Positions 50,335 to 64,000 of a stretch of DNA of 64,000 nt are shown piece by piece (within the stretch, counting starts at the first letter, position 1; the number at the start of each line of letters is the position of its first letter). The stretch is taken from assembly GCF_006345805.1 (NCBI RefSeq), contig NC_042997.1, positions 128,340,001-128,404,000 of the forward strand, written 5' to 3'. The notes beneath the pieces were generated by a model. The model worked only from the letters and a program-made list of their open reading frames with translations. It did no database searches and was not told the origin of the DNA. This stretch comes from Octopus sinensis. Its lineage: Eukaryota. A program made the position numbers and the translations under genes.

Positions 50335-51664
50335 CATACACACATATATGTATGTATATCATCAACTTATAAGGTTAGAAGAAACAATTACAGCACACAT
50401 ATCATATTACAGAGATATTTACATACATATGCATGCACACACACACACACACACACACATACACACACTCACATGCACTCTCTTGCACAAATGTAAACAT
50501 GCATGCAATGAAGCTATTTCAGGCATTTGAATTTATATGTATATAGGTTTTTACTTTCATAAATTGACTCTAATGTTAACATTTCATGCCCTTACTGGCT
50601 TAGTGTTATACCATATTTTCCTTCAAGCTTTGCAGGCTGGAAATGAAAGATTTCCAACCAAAATATACCATACCAGTAGTGAATTTATTATTTACTGTCT
50701 ATATGAACTCTTTTTTCTAGTTTTTTCCACAAACTAGTACATTCTTTCAAAGAAAAAGAGAGTCTGATATTAGCCAACCCAACATGTGAGTCATAATTTA
50801 GACTGTTCCACAGTCACAGAAGGATTTTTATTATATCCCTGCTTAATTTAGCATACTCTAGTTTAGCTGAAGTCAATGTGAGGTTGATTAAGGCATTTCC
50901 CGTCTCTCCACCTGGACTTAGATCTTTGACAAATTTCCTTCTGGTTCCTTTTTCATATTTGTTGTCAGCAGAGCTGATAATATTTCTAAAATCTAAGTGA
51001 AAAAATAGCTAATACCATAAAACTGAAACAATCTTTTAATGCAAAGTTCTATCCCTAGGAATTTATAAAATTAATGACAATATTTTTCTTAGCATAGAAG
51101 GATCCCTGCTCAAGTACTTATTTACTTGCCATTTACTCCTCATCCAAAATAGTCTCTCTACACTTTATCTACAGAGATTCACAATACAATCCTTTCTATC
51201 ATGACAGGAGTCATGATAGAATATTCTGCCCAACTGTACTAACACTATTACAATCTTTCATTGAAAATGCATTTCTATGTATTAAAACCCGACCAAATTC
51301 ATGCTGCAAATCAAAACTGTTTCAAAAACCATTTACTAGAGTGTGTTCAGTGGAAACAAAGAATGCTATAAATCAATCCCAACCTAGAAATAATCTTGTC
51401 TGTTGAGACTTTGTAATAACTTTTTACTGTAATTTACATATGTCACATAGAATTTATTCCAGCTAGAATATTTCTGAAACTTTTCAGATTTTAAAGCTAT
51501 TAATATTCATTTTGTTGAAGATATTTATTTATGAAGGAAGTTATAGTAATGTTAGCATGTCTATTTATAGGATTTTCAGCACTTATAATGTACTGTTCTG
51601 TATTTTTCTGTTTTTGTCAATCTTTTGATTGTCACTCCATGGATCTGCTAATAAAACGACTTAC

Positions 51665-51682
51665 TGGTAAATAGCTGATCTC
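51665..51682 (-). CDS. Candidate 18-nt frame-preserving microexon
   Basis: The minus strand reads tagttgttttag|GAGATCAGCTATTTACCA|gtaagt; open in all three frames. Confidence 0.25.
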
Positions 51683-52516
51683 CTAAAACAACTATATGTG
51701 AACAACTTTGAGAGAAAAACAGAAGAATAAAATAGTTTCTGTATTAAATTTCGTGCCACCATATCTTGAAAGACTTGGAATGTTCTATCTCAAGTTTTCT
51801 GATAAAGTAAACAATAACGAATATATATATAATGTACATGTATGTATATATTGTAAAAGTAAAGTAATAAATGTATCAATACATTTGTAAGTGTTCTGTC
51901 TCCTGCAGTTATCTTTGATCAGTAGCTTGACTACACAGGAGAAACATATAATGCTGCTGACCAATTTATTGCAAAGATGAGAAAAATTCAGTTAAGCATT
52001 CAGTCCATTTATCACGTCTTTGTAAATAGAGAAAAGCTATGTCAACTGGCTTTCTTGTTTAAATTATCAATTAGTAAAGAAATTGTATTATATAGGAAGA
52101 ATATTGCTAACATTAAAATGTAATTGGTGGTGGTAGTGTAACTTAACTGTATGGAGATTATTGAGATGATAGATATTACTACTTGCTACTTATTACACAA
52201 CATAGTTGTCTTATCAGCTTTCTTTTCATTTATTCTGACAACTATCAGCATTGATCTTTAGAAAGAAATTCTAGCTGAGTATATGAAATCTGTGTACCAA
52301 TGCTATTATTATTTACCAATGTTGTTATTTAGAAATGGTATTAAGTATTAATAGTATTATTGGGTACAGAAATTGCTGCATGGTTAAAAGCTTGCTTTGC
52401 AAAAATGTAGTTTTTGTAGTCAATCCCATTGTGTGGAAATTTGAAAAAGTGTCCTCTGACATAGCTTTGGTGGCAATCAAATATACCCAAGTTAGTAGTT
52501 TTTGTAGATGATGACT

Positions 52517-52682
52517 ACCCAGACTAGTGGGGTAGATATCCAGACAATCCCCACCCAGGCTAGTGGGATGAATATCTAGTCAATACTTACAAAAGCTATT
52601 GGGATAGATATCTAGTTTATCTTACCCAGCCTAGTGGGGGAATAGTTATTTAGTTAATCCTTAGACATGCTAGAGGGGTACT
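52517..52682. repeat. 36-bp minisatellite, about 4.5 diverged units
   Basis: Units start at 52517, 52553, 52589, 52625 and about 52665 (acccagactagtggggtagatatccagacaatcccc). Confidence 0.85.
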
Positions 52683-53495
52683 TGTTTAATCAAACTCTAT
52701 CCAAGCTGAGGAGGATAAAGTTTTTCTAATTTCATGCATATATCAGAATTAATTGATGATACAAAAAAATGGTGTACAGAAATAATTGAAGTGTATCACT
52801 TATCAGAAGTTAACTTTTTGTACACTGTGTGTAGGTGTGAGTTAGGAAAGTGGGTGTTGGGCTCTACCATTCATTGACACAAAAATATGCATTTCCAAAA
52901 CCTGCATTTTCAAACCTGCTCACCTTCACCATCAGGATTTAAATCCACAGCAAGATATATAATTTGGGATCAAAAATCTAGATTAGTTCCAATGTTCCTT
53001 AAACATTCAGTCTTTTATAACTTATGCCAAACACTAAAAACACTTGTGTCTGTCTTGTGAAGAATTCTCATATATTGAACTAAAACTAACATTTGTAGTC
53101 TACTATTGTCAAATATTAAACCTACATCTCAAATGGAAATTCTAGCAGGTTATCATATACACCCAGATGCCTTATACACTGACATAAATAGTGCATACAG
53201 CCTGATGTTGTTGAAGTAATTGTCCTTGCCTTTACCAGCACCACTGCCACCACCACAGCATTCTGCAGTATCTCAGTTTGCATACTAATTTTAATAATAC
53301 TCTGGACACATTAGTTTACTCTTGTCTGCTGTATATTAATGACACCATATTGTAATTTCACCAGAAAATATTCTCATATTTTTCAATCATACATCATAGT
53401 CCCACTTAAACTGTTTAACAGCCTAACAGTTTGAAAGACCTACATTAGAGTTTAGATTGTAAAAATTTAACTATATATATATAATTGTTTTATAC

Positions 53496-53555
<60 letters not shown>

Positions 53556-55196
53556 GTTTTATACATTCATATATATATAATTATTTTATACATTAATTGT
53601 TTTATATATATATATATATATATATGAATTGTTTTTTGTGTATATATATATATATTTTTTAAGAGATTCCAACATTTTGGAATTATTTTGAATAATACGA
53701 ATGATTTATGAATAGTTTAATTTCTCTTTGTATACAGTCTAAAGGGGCTATCATCAGATGAAAATATAGTGATTTGGAACCAGTATTTCATAATTGCCAA
53801 TTTCACTCTGTTATCAATTAATGACCTATACACATTTTGTATATCACTTTATATCCATTAAACTACTTGATGTAAAATTTAGACGACATTTCAACATTTT
53901 AAATATAATTGCACATAGAAACACACATATATAAGCATAAATACACTAATCAAGACACATATATACAAATACACATGTGCATACTTGCACATACATAAGC
54001 TTAACATTCATATACATATTTTCATATACAGACATAATCAAACATAAATATGCATATGCAAATACATATGTCACATACATATATACACGTGCATACATAT
54101 ACATAAACACATGAATACACTTTTACACACTAATGCAGACATGCATATACACACATGCATTCATGCACATACACACCATCACACAGTTACATAAATACTC
54201 GCACAATCACGTACACATGTGCACACAACCTGTTCCTGTTTGTCAGTATGGCATTATTTATATGTTGAAATTGAGCTAAATTACTTTTATTGTTAAATCT
54301 AGGAGAATCAATGGACGTGTTGGCCTGAAGCAAATAATATCAATTTAAATGAAACAGAACAGAAATATTCTTGTATCAATATGATTTATTTGTTTACTAT
54401 CAACACCACAAGTAATATTCTTCCTTTCATTGTTCTTAACAATTCAATTTTCTATGGACATTCCCTTTATGTTGGAAGGTTGGCATTTTTCAGGGAGCTT
54501 TTTGAATCTTTTTTATCCAATTTTCCCCTTTGTTCATTTAGCTTTCATATTTATATTTCAAATTTTAATTTAGAAATTTAATGAAACAACCATAAAAAGT
54601 GAAGATACAAAACTGTTGGCTTCAGTATGCTTCTTTTTTTTTTCTATTTCTATTTTTATTTCCATATATATTTTAGATGGGGGAGAAGTTTCTATTGATA
54701 TACTTTAGTTAAAATTATTTTCCTCAATATAGTGTAATAAACTAAAAGTCTGTGAGTCAGCTGAACACAGCTATGCTTCCTTCTCTTTAATGTTATTTAC
54801 TCAAGGACTGTTTTCTTTGATTGCAACACTGCAGTTGCACCTGCATTTCTTGTGGCATCATTTAACTATAGATAGTTTTATGTTTTTCATAATTTCAACA
54901 GTTTCTGCCGTTCATTCAGGCCGTCAGCTCTAATAAATGAAACTGTTAATTAATACTTTATTATTATCTTTCAATGAAAGCACTTGTTGAAGAGGATGAA
55001 ATTTAGAACACAACTGCTGGGTTGTGTTTTGTTGTGAACTGTTGAGTAGTATAGTGGGAGGTATTGATGATGTATTGGCAGATAGAGATAGATGATTGAA
55101 AGATAGGCAGGTAGTTGGATACGAAGCAGATAGATAGATATATGGATATATGCACATATACATATATAATGTTTCTATTTTTCTCTCTTACTATCC

Positions 55197-55233
<37 letters not shown>

Positions 55234-55560
55234 ATATATATATACATACACACACGTGTATATATGCACACATATTCTTTATGTACTTATGTGTATGCAT
55301 ATATGTATGTGTGTGTGCATGTTCTATATTCATGTGTGCGTGTGTGTATGTATATATATATATAATATATACACGCACACTTGTGCACACACATGATGTG
55401 CATATGAGAGAGAGAGAGAGAGAGATATTCTAAAGTAGAGAATAAAATCACATCTCAATAAATAATGTATGTAGAGTGTATATTCTTCTTTTATTAAAGA
55501 ATTATGACCTTACAGTAGCACAACTGTTTTAATACATGGTTGTATCTTGTCGAAGGTCAC

Positions 55561-55621
<61 letters not shown>

Positions 55622-58600
55622 GCTCATACACACCCACACACATATATTGAGAGACAATGAGAGAGAGAAAGAGGTTTATTGAGATAGATTGATAGGTAGG
55701 CAGACAATGAGTAAGGGCGGGAAGGGGATGTGAGTGAATGAGTGAGAGAGAGAGAGAGAGGAAAGAGAGAGAATCAGCCTTGTGAGCACTGTTGCAGAAC
55801 TAGTCTTTTTGTTTACATTCTACAATACATGTTATTTTGTACACAAACACACCTCCCCACCACTTCTTTGTGTTCCTCTGCAGTTCAGTAAATGCCTCTG
55901 TGAGGTTGATATGAACGAAATTTAATTGAATTGGTTTCAAAATAGAATTTACTGCTATATAAATATAGAAATCAATCAAAACGTTGTTTCTACCATTTCT
56001 TAGATCGTTTTGTTTTTGTCTGTTTGTCTAAGTTTTTTTCTTTGTTGTTTCATTTGTTTTTGTTGTTGCTTGTTTTGTTATTGTTTTTTCATTTTTTCAA
56101 TAAATGCTTTACAAATTTGAGGTGATATTGAAATATTTCAGTTTTGGTTGATTTATACCATGTGCTTTTATCAAGTTACAGTATAGATTAAAACCCAACA
56201 GGTCTCATTCATTGGCTCAGAGATGTAAGAACATTCTGATGAAAACGCCAAAATGAAAAGAGTGGTGGTTAGTGGCAGAGGTGGTTGTGTGTTTGTCAGG
56301 ATATATAAGCTGTATTTGAAAATGTGGTTGATCTCACTGGTCAAATGACTTATGTAGAACTATTTCAAGTTATGGATGGATGCATGCTGGTTTAAATACA
56401 CTTGGTGTTTTCTATAAAGCCGGAGAAAAATGAAATTAAAGTCAGTGAAAAATTTACTTTTCAACTAGCTGTGTGGTTGAGATGTTTACTTCACAGTCAT
56501 ACAGTACTGGGTTCGATCCTATGAGTAGTGTGACAGCTTGAATAAGTTTTTTTCTTTTTCTGGCATATCTTCAGATCAACAATATCTTATTTGTTGAATT
56601 TAGTTGGCGGAAACTGTGGAATACTGTCATTTGTGTATGTGTATGTGCGTGTGTGTGTATGTATGTATGTATATTTATAGATAGGTAGATAGATAGATAT
56701 AAACACACACACACATACACACACATATATATATATACATAAATTTGTACACATATATGTACGTGTGTGTGTGTGTGTATATGTGTGTGTCTTTTGTCAA
56801 TGTATATTTGTAAAACATATAAAACATATCTGAAGAAAAAGGGAAACTGGTTTTTCTTGAATTAAGGCCTTTATGATATTTGTTTTGCACTGAATTACAC
56901 ATTTTCTTGTCACTCTCATAATCAAAAATGGGGTAAATGAGGGACCTGTGCATTGTTGTACACAATAATGCAGTTCTACACTTATCTGATGAAAAACAAA
57001 AGATAATAAATAACAAGGAATATTGTTAGTGCTTAGTTGTTGCTGTTTAGTTCTAGATCAGGTGAAGGGACCTGTGATGCAGCTGTGATTACCTTGACAT
57101 TCTTGTTTTCAGGACTACATTATATACTGTCTCCTTCCTTTTTATGATGGTAGGGTGTGATCTGAAGGAGATTTAGTTGCTATTTCTGGCAAGGTTGACA
57201 GCCACATAGAGCCTCTCTCATTGGCTTGTGTTAGTGCTTATTGCTGCAACTAGTAATATCTTATTGCTCCCTTCTCTCCCTCTGTTGCTTTAAAAATCTT
57301 CATCCTCATTTTCTTCACCTCTTTGCATTTTGTTGTGAAACAGGGACATGATTGTAGAGGTTTATATGTGGTATGTGCGTGTATGATGGCATGAGGTAGT
57401 GAAACATAATGCAGTGAATGTTGAGGACTATAGCTGCTGGTATGTGTAAACTGTGTGTTGATGAGTAGGTGCGGCACAAGGACAATGAATGAAGACAGGA
57501 CTATTTAGTGCACGTTAGATCTGCGATGGTGTACAGGAACAGAATGTGCAGTGAATATGTCCAAGATCTGTGATGATGCATTGAAGTAAAACATGAACAG
57601 TGAATGTAGAGAACTATGTATGGGTATGCATAGGATCTGTGATGGACATTCATTGTAAAGGACAGCATAAAGTGTTTTTATGATGTGTTATGGTGTAGAG
57701 ATGAAATAGGTACAGTGAATGGAGAGAACAGTATAAGATGTGTCATGATGTACAACAGTGAAATATAGGAAACGAGTTTAGAGGACTGTAAATGATATAA
57801 GACATGTGATGTTGTATGGCAGTTAAATTAAAGGGTGTATAAGGTGTGCATACAATGTATGATAATTTTTATTAGTGAATATAAAGGAATATATGAGGTG
57901 TGTGTATGGCACATGATATAAAGTAGTGTAACATGAAGCCATGAATGTAAATTGTTATATGAGGTACGTGTAAGATGCGTGAAGCATATGTATTGAAAGT
58001 AGATGATCTGCTTTGATTGGAGATGAAATATTTTAAGCATGGTCTATCAAATGTATAATGCTAACTTATGAGAAATGCTCAACAGAAATATGCATCAAAG
58101 ATATTATAAATATGTAATCTGGATGAATGATATTATATTACATGAAAAGGTGTTATGAATTAGTTGTGGAAAGTATCTATGATGGATACAGACCAAGGAG
58201 GTTTTGAGATAATATATTGTATGAAGGTCAGATTTGAGAATATTGGGTTTCATGCAAGAGATGACACAAAATTGAGGCATGAGGAAAGATGTTATACAAT
58301 AACAAGCCCATTCAACTGATGCCAGTACAGACACATGGCAATAAAAAGACGAATAATTTCAATGATTATATATATATAATTTTATGTAAGAAAGTTTTGT
58401 TTAAAGACAAAGTTTGAAAGTATATTTGCAAGAGATTTTTCAATCCAAGATATTTCTTTAACTTAGTCTTACAAGTTAGAAAGAGAATGTCTTCTTTCTT
58501 TCTATGTTTCAAACCAAAATTATTATTCTTGTCATTAATAAATCAATGACATACATACAGCTTAGGAAATATAATAAAGTAGTCTTAGTGTAATTTATTT

Positions 58601-58804
58601 AAATTTGCTTTATTCTGTATCCATACTGGCATGTGTTTTTGATTTATATATACAGTGTTGTTGATTCTCGAATAATCTAATTGTTATGTCTTTTGAAATG
58701 ATTTGATTTTTAAGTTTTATTTATTCCACAATAGCTTTATATTCTAGTGTATATTTTATGTTATTGCATATTGCAATAGAAAATTCACTTTAAACTGCTA
58801 TTCT

Positions 58805-58851
<47 letters not shown>

Positions 58852-59234
58852 CTCTTTAGTCTAACAGCACACACATACAATTATGTATGTGTGTGGGTAT
58901 GTAAATGTATGTACAATATATATTATTACTAGATATGCATAACTCACAAAAAAGTATATCTTAATTCATCTAAATGAGGCATTTATTCACTGGCAGTGTG
59001 CTACAGTAAATTAAAAATTAGTTGCAGATATAACCAATGTCTATGTAAAATAAATGGAAAGAATGAATCTTGAATATTTCCCTATAAATGCTATATGTGT
59101 ACATTTACTTCATTTTAACCTCCTGAACAGTTAAATGTTTCTATGACTTGAAATTATTTATGTGGTAATGAGATGTGTGTAAACATCACAAAATAGATCT
59201 TAAAGCATTTATTCATTTAGAGTGATATAAAGAT

Positions 59235-59269
<35 letters not shown>

Positions 59270-59536
59270 GACACGACCAGTTTCTTTTTGTTCACTCATA
59301 AGACTTTAGTTGGCCCACACAGCTGTAGTAGAAGACATTTGCCCAAGCTGCCATTCTATGGAAATGAATCTGATAAATGGGCTTCTTTTAGTTTCCATCT
59401 ACCAAATTCACTTAGAGGGCTATCGTAGAAGACTTTTGCTCAAGGTACTGTTTTGTGGGAGTGACATCAAAACCATAGTTGGGAAGCAAACATCTTAATC
59501 ACATAGCCATAACTGCAGACATTGCTTCATGGTCAA

Positions 59537-59570
59537 CACACACACACACACACATGCACACAAACACACC

Positions 59571-59640
<70 letters not shown>
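59537..59640. repeat. Long (CA)n microsatellite beside a degenerate family A SINE (~59285-59515, - strand)
   Basis: Direct reading. Confidence 0.9.
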
Positions 59641-59641
<1 letters not shown>

Positions 59642-61468
59642 ATATGCATAATCTCCCCAACCACTCTTGCTTCTATTTACTATTGTACTGCTCTGCCAGT
59701 GTTTCTGAAAATTGTAATTTAGGCCCAAGGCAGATAATTTTGAGAGGATAGGCTTAGTCAATACCACTGACACAACTACTTGACTTTATCGACCTTGGTG
59801 GGATGAAAGTCAAAGTTGCCATCAGCAATTGGTATTCTCTGAATGTAATGTACTGGTTGAAATAACCACAACCAATTTTTTTTCTTTCGTTTTTGGTGCT
59901 CTAACAATTTTGGGCAACATCCAATACACTCCACAATCACCCTTTCTGCTCTAGCAGTCATCACTCCTCTTAAGCCACTTGGTTTTACATCCACCACTCA
60001 CTGTTACTACTGTCCATCTCTATTACTATGCCTCACTCTCTCTGTCATTACTTTCTCTTCTCTTCATCTTGCTGGACATGTTACTAGTCTTACAGAATGG
60101 ATGCAAGACAACTTCATTAGTAACAGTAACATAATAACGTTGCACCCAGTTCTTTCTGTAAAATGATGATGAATGAGCAGGGACTATATAAGATTGTGAC
60201 ACCTTTGTTTTGTCATGAAAATGACAATCTCTCTGATGCTGGTGCCATAATCAAATGCAGCCATTATTCTCTGCAAAGTGGTTGATAATAGGTAGGGAAT
60301 CCAGCCGCAGAAACTGAGTTGGAAAGGAAGCGTATGAACAAAACACAATCCTCCTACTCATCTAGGAAAGCATCGCTTCCAAATAAGAGCTGACTCAGAC
60401 TGTGAAAACTTGTACAAGCCATTCCAGCATCGAAAGTGGAGCATGAAAAGATGATAATGATGATGAATGTTATTCATGTTATGCTATATACACATAAGCT
60501 ATTATGTAATGTATATTTCATATTGTATATTTTGCATTATTTTGATAGTGTATATGTTTTCTTTTTATCATTAAAAATTTATACTTCAGTTTACCTTGCT
60601 GAAAAGGGTGTTATGTATTAATGAAAAAAAAAACCAAATCTATGACAGATGTAGTTAGAATAAGGAAGTCTTAGGATATTGTAATTGTAACATAAGGGTA
60701 GGGAATATTGCATAGATGCAAAAAAAAAGAAAGAAAAGAAATGAAAATGTGAAGTGGTTGTTGTGGTAGTGGTGACGACTGATTGTGATGAGGATAAGGA
60801 TAAGGATGACTATGATGAGGAGGAGGATGCTAACAGCAGTCATAGTGATGATGATAATATAGATAGTGGTGGAGGTGGTGGTGGTGGTGGTGGTGGTGGT
60901 GGTGGTAATGATAAATGTTAAACTAAAAAATTTACGTTTTAACATTCAGGAAGAATGTGACACTTAGATAAAATGTCTTGCATTTGGAAGTTGGCCTTAA
61001 TGAATTAGCAGAATGTTGTATGTCATTTTGGTTTTATAGTTTACCAGTTAAGTGGGTTTAACTTCCACATCCTTTTACAAACCAAAGCATCTCCTGGTTA
61101 AGCCAACCTGACATTTTCATTGGAGTACCATCTTTTATAAATCACAGTTGTGTCACTGAACTTAATATTCACTAAAATAATGTTTAAACTCACCAACTTC
61201 ACACTAAATCTACTATTAATCACTGTTGCATCAGCTTTTTAATTAATTAATAAAAATTTTAGGATTTTGATTGCTGAAAGATTTCTCATCACTTACACTG
61301 TTTTTTTTCTTCTGTTATTACTGTTCTACCACCTTTGTCTTTGTATCTGTTTGAATTAAGTTGGTCTAGAACATAAAATAAAAAATGGGAAGTAATTTTG
61401 AACTGGAGGCAATTAGTAAACCTATTAATTACTAGTTTCCTAATTTTTAAAGATTGCTATCATCTTAA

Positions 61469-61602
61469 TTTCTTCTTCTTCTTCTTCTTCTCCTTCTTTT
61501 CCTTCTTCTTTTCCTTCTTCTTCTTCTTTTCCTTCTTCTTCTCCTCCTCCTCCTTCTTCTTCTTCTTCTTCTTCTTCTTCTTCTTCTTCTTCTTCTTCTT
61601 CT
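61469..61602. repeat. (TTC)n-rich pure pyrimidine tract, ~134 bp
   Basis: Direct reading; accounts for the poly-Phe and poly-Arg ORFs. Confidence 0.95.
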
Positions 61603-61731
61603 CATGATTATTATTATTATTGTTATTATTATTTGCAAAGCAAATATTCTGCTAGGCAAACCTCTGTATGCTTGTATGCTCAAGCATGTACTATCTTTGT
61701 ATAAGTATACTTCTCTCATGTGAATGTGCTT

Positions 61732-61768
<37 letters not shown>

Positions 61769-64000
61769 CACATGCATGCATATGTTTGTGCATGTGTGTA
61801 TACTTATATTAGATATTCTTTACTGTATTTAGTTCTGTATTATTGTGGTCATTGTAGTTCAATAGAAATACATTTCATTAAACATTAGTGCCAATTTTTC
61901 CACAATACTAAGAATCATAGACACAGTTGACACCTAAATAATATGTATGTATATGTGTGTGTTTATGCACTTGGTGCAAAACAAGATGGAGAAAGTAGCA
62001 CTCAAATACCAAAAGTATTGTAAAATATAGTTTTATTGAAGCTAGAAAACGTCATATACTGTTATTCAGCATTTCACATAACTGATTATCAGGCAGAAGT
62101 GAACCTTTGGAACAATAAGACAGCTTATAGATATATACGTTTGTTTATAGATGCATGCGCACACACAAATGTACACATACACACGCACTACTTGGATTTA
62201 TCCTCTCTAATCACCCTCTTATTCATTACATCTGTAATAAAGAATTCAGCCTGAATTTTTGGCTAATTCATATTTTGTTAATTATAAATTTTGATTTGCT
62301 AAAGATCAGCTGTCTTAAATAATCAATAACAGATCAATTAATGCAGCAATTTGTGCCTCTAACTTCATTTATTAAACTCACTAACAAACCAAAGTCAGAA
62401 GTTGGGGTAGGTTCCTTTATGCAGGCACTTTTGTTAAATTTGGTAGCAAAATCTCTCTAAGACCACACCTTATTACCTTAAGAAAGAATAATATATTAGG
62501 TAATTATAGTAAGCTAGGTGCTAATGTAATTAATTTACTGCACCAAAAAGAAAAAAAAAAAGAAATTGGTCAAAATTATATCCATTGTGAAGAGAAATTC
62601 ATTATCTTAAACAATTCTAATCAAGAAAGGCAAGGGGGAAAACTCTCGAAATCAAATTAATTAAAATTATTCAAAATTCAAATGCAGTGAAAACCTAGTC
62701 TAATCTTTAGCAAACATGTTTCTGTTTGATCAGACCTCATCAGTGGAGTATAGTCTATTCATTACTGCCATATCTTAGATGATTAGAAAGAATATATAAA
62801 AATTCAGTGAATGAACATTAAGAAGTATTAACTTTACAAAATGATCTGAGGAAAAAAACGTCCCAAAAGATGGAATGGTCATGGCTGGAACACCTTTGAG
62901 CATTCGTTGGTTGGCTAACAGTTGACCAAGGGCTAAGAAGCAACAACAACAATACTCAAAATATAACTCCACTTTTTCCACAACTCTGAAGTGTTTCCTT
63001 CTGGTAGACTTACAGTTTTCTTTTCAAAATGGCACAACAATATTGAGGTTGGCTTATGTTTTGGGAGATAGCCAATTTTGTTTTATTCCTTTAATATTTC
63101 CATCAATTACTAACCCTGATATTATTGGTAAGTTATGTTTATCAGAAATGTATTTTAAAAATTCTGCTCATCTGTCTGAGACTGTCTCTAAATCTCTCTT
63201 TCTTTTCTCTTCTACTTATGTTTGAAGATTTTGTTTTAGCTGATTATAGGTGAGCTGATAATATATATAAGAAAAGAAAAGCAACAACAGAAAAAAAAAG
63301 CAACAACGAAAGAAGCAAACTTTTAGATGAGAGAGAAATATATCAAAAGTAAAATATGAAGTTTGCTCTCATTCTCAGTTTCTAACAGGTTATTTGAAGG
63401 TAAATTACAATCCTTAGTGTCTACTAAGTTATTATATGAAACAGAAAACAAAGTGGAATCAGAAGAAATTTCTAGACATTAAAATGAGGGAAATTAGATT
63501 CTCATGGTAATCTATTTAAGATCTGAAATCATATAGAATCTCTCTGTCATTTCGTTCACCTTTATCTCTCCTACAATTTTTTTCTTTGTGTGTGTGTGCG
63601 CGTGCGTACGTGCATGCATGCATGTGTGAGTGTGAGTGCATATGTGTGCGTGTGTTCATATGAGGTTTTCAAAAGGAGAATAGTTGAAAAAAAAAATGAA
63701 TAGTTTGTTAGTGTGAGGTGAAGGTTCAATTATAATTACACTGCTAAAAGTCTATGAACTATACAACATTATTGAAGCTGAGAATTGGTGGAGGTTGTAG
63801 AATGAAAAGAAGGTAAAAGAAAATATTGATTTACTGCGTTGACTAGAGAGAGAGAGAGAGAGAAAAGTGGGGGAGATAAAGGTGTGTGTGTTGTAGTATG
63901 ATTACTGATGAGAGAAGACTCTTAGAATGAATTTAATCACCATAAAACAATATATGGAAGAAGGGAGAATAGAGGTAACTATTAAACATTTAACATTGAA

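Noticed and set aside
61398-61773. Poly-Phe and poly-Arg ORFs, and similar HT/CV/YI-repeat ORFs throughout the window
   Set aside because: They are translations of microsatellites.
63905-63930. CTGATGA followed by a short hairpin (hammerhead-like)
   Set aside because: There is no GAAA after the stem and no stem I or III.

Overview
AT-rich, microsatellite-dense eukaryotic genomic DNA made up mostly of repeats and probably intronic or intergenic. The SINE families and repeat density point to an octopus (coleoid cephalopod); this is an inference from recalled repeat consensus sequences. I recognise no host protein-coding gene. Almost all listed ORFs are microsatellite or transposon artefacts, and there are only low-confidence short exon candidates on both strands. 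Well-supported content: dozens of copies of at least four SINE families; a decayed ~3 kb RTE-type LINE; a 3' fragment of a restriction-like-endonuclease LINE (R4/Dong-like) inside a (TTA)n tract; two deleted Tc1/mariner elements (one DD37D); two piggyBac-type MITEs; a young non-autonomous Helitron; a U6 snRNA retrocopy with all five CpGs decayed; and a 186-bp near-perfect foldback. The most interesting signal is a ~180-bp repeat present twice, each copy carrying a minimal hammerhead-ribozyme-like fold of the Penelope type with a shared non-canonical core base. Several local inverted structures could form long dsRNA if transcribed. Repeat boundaries were read by eye and are approximate.
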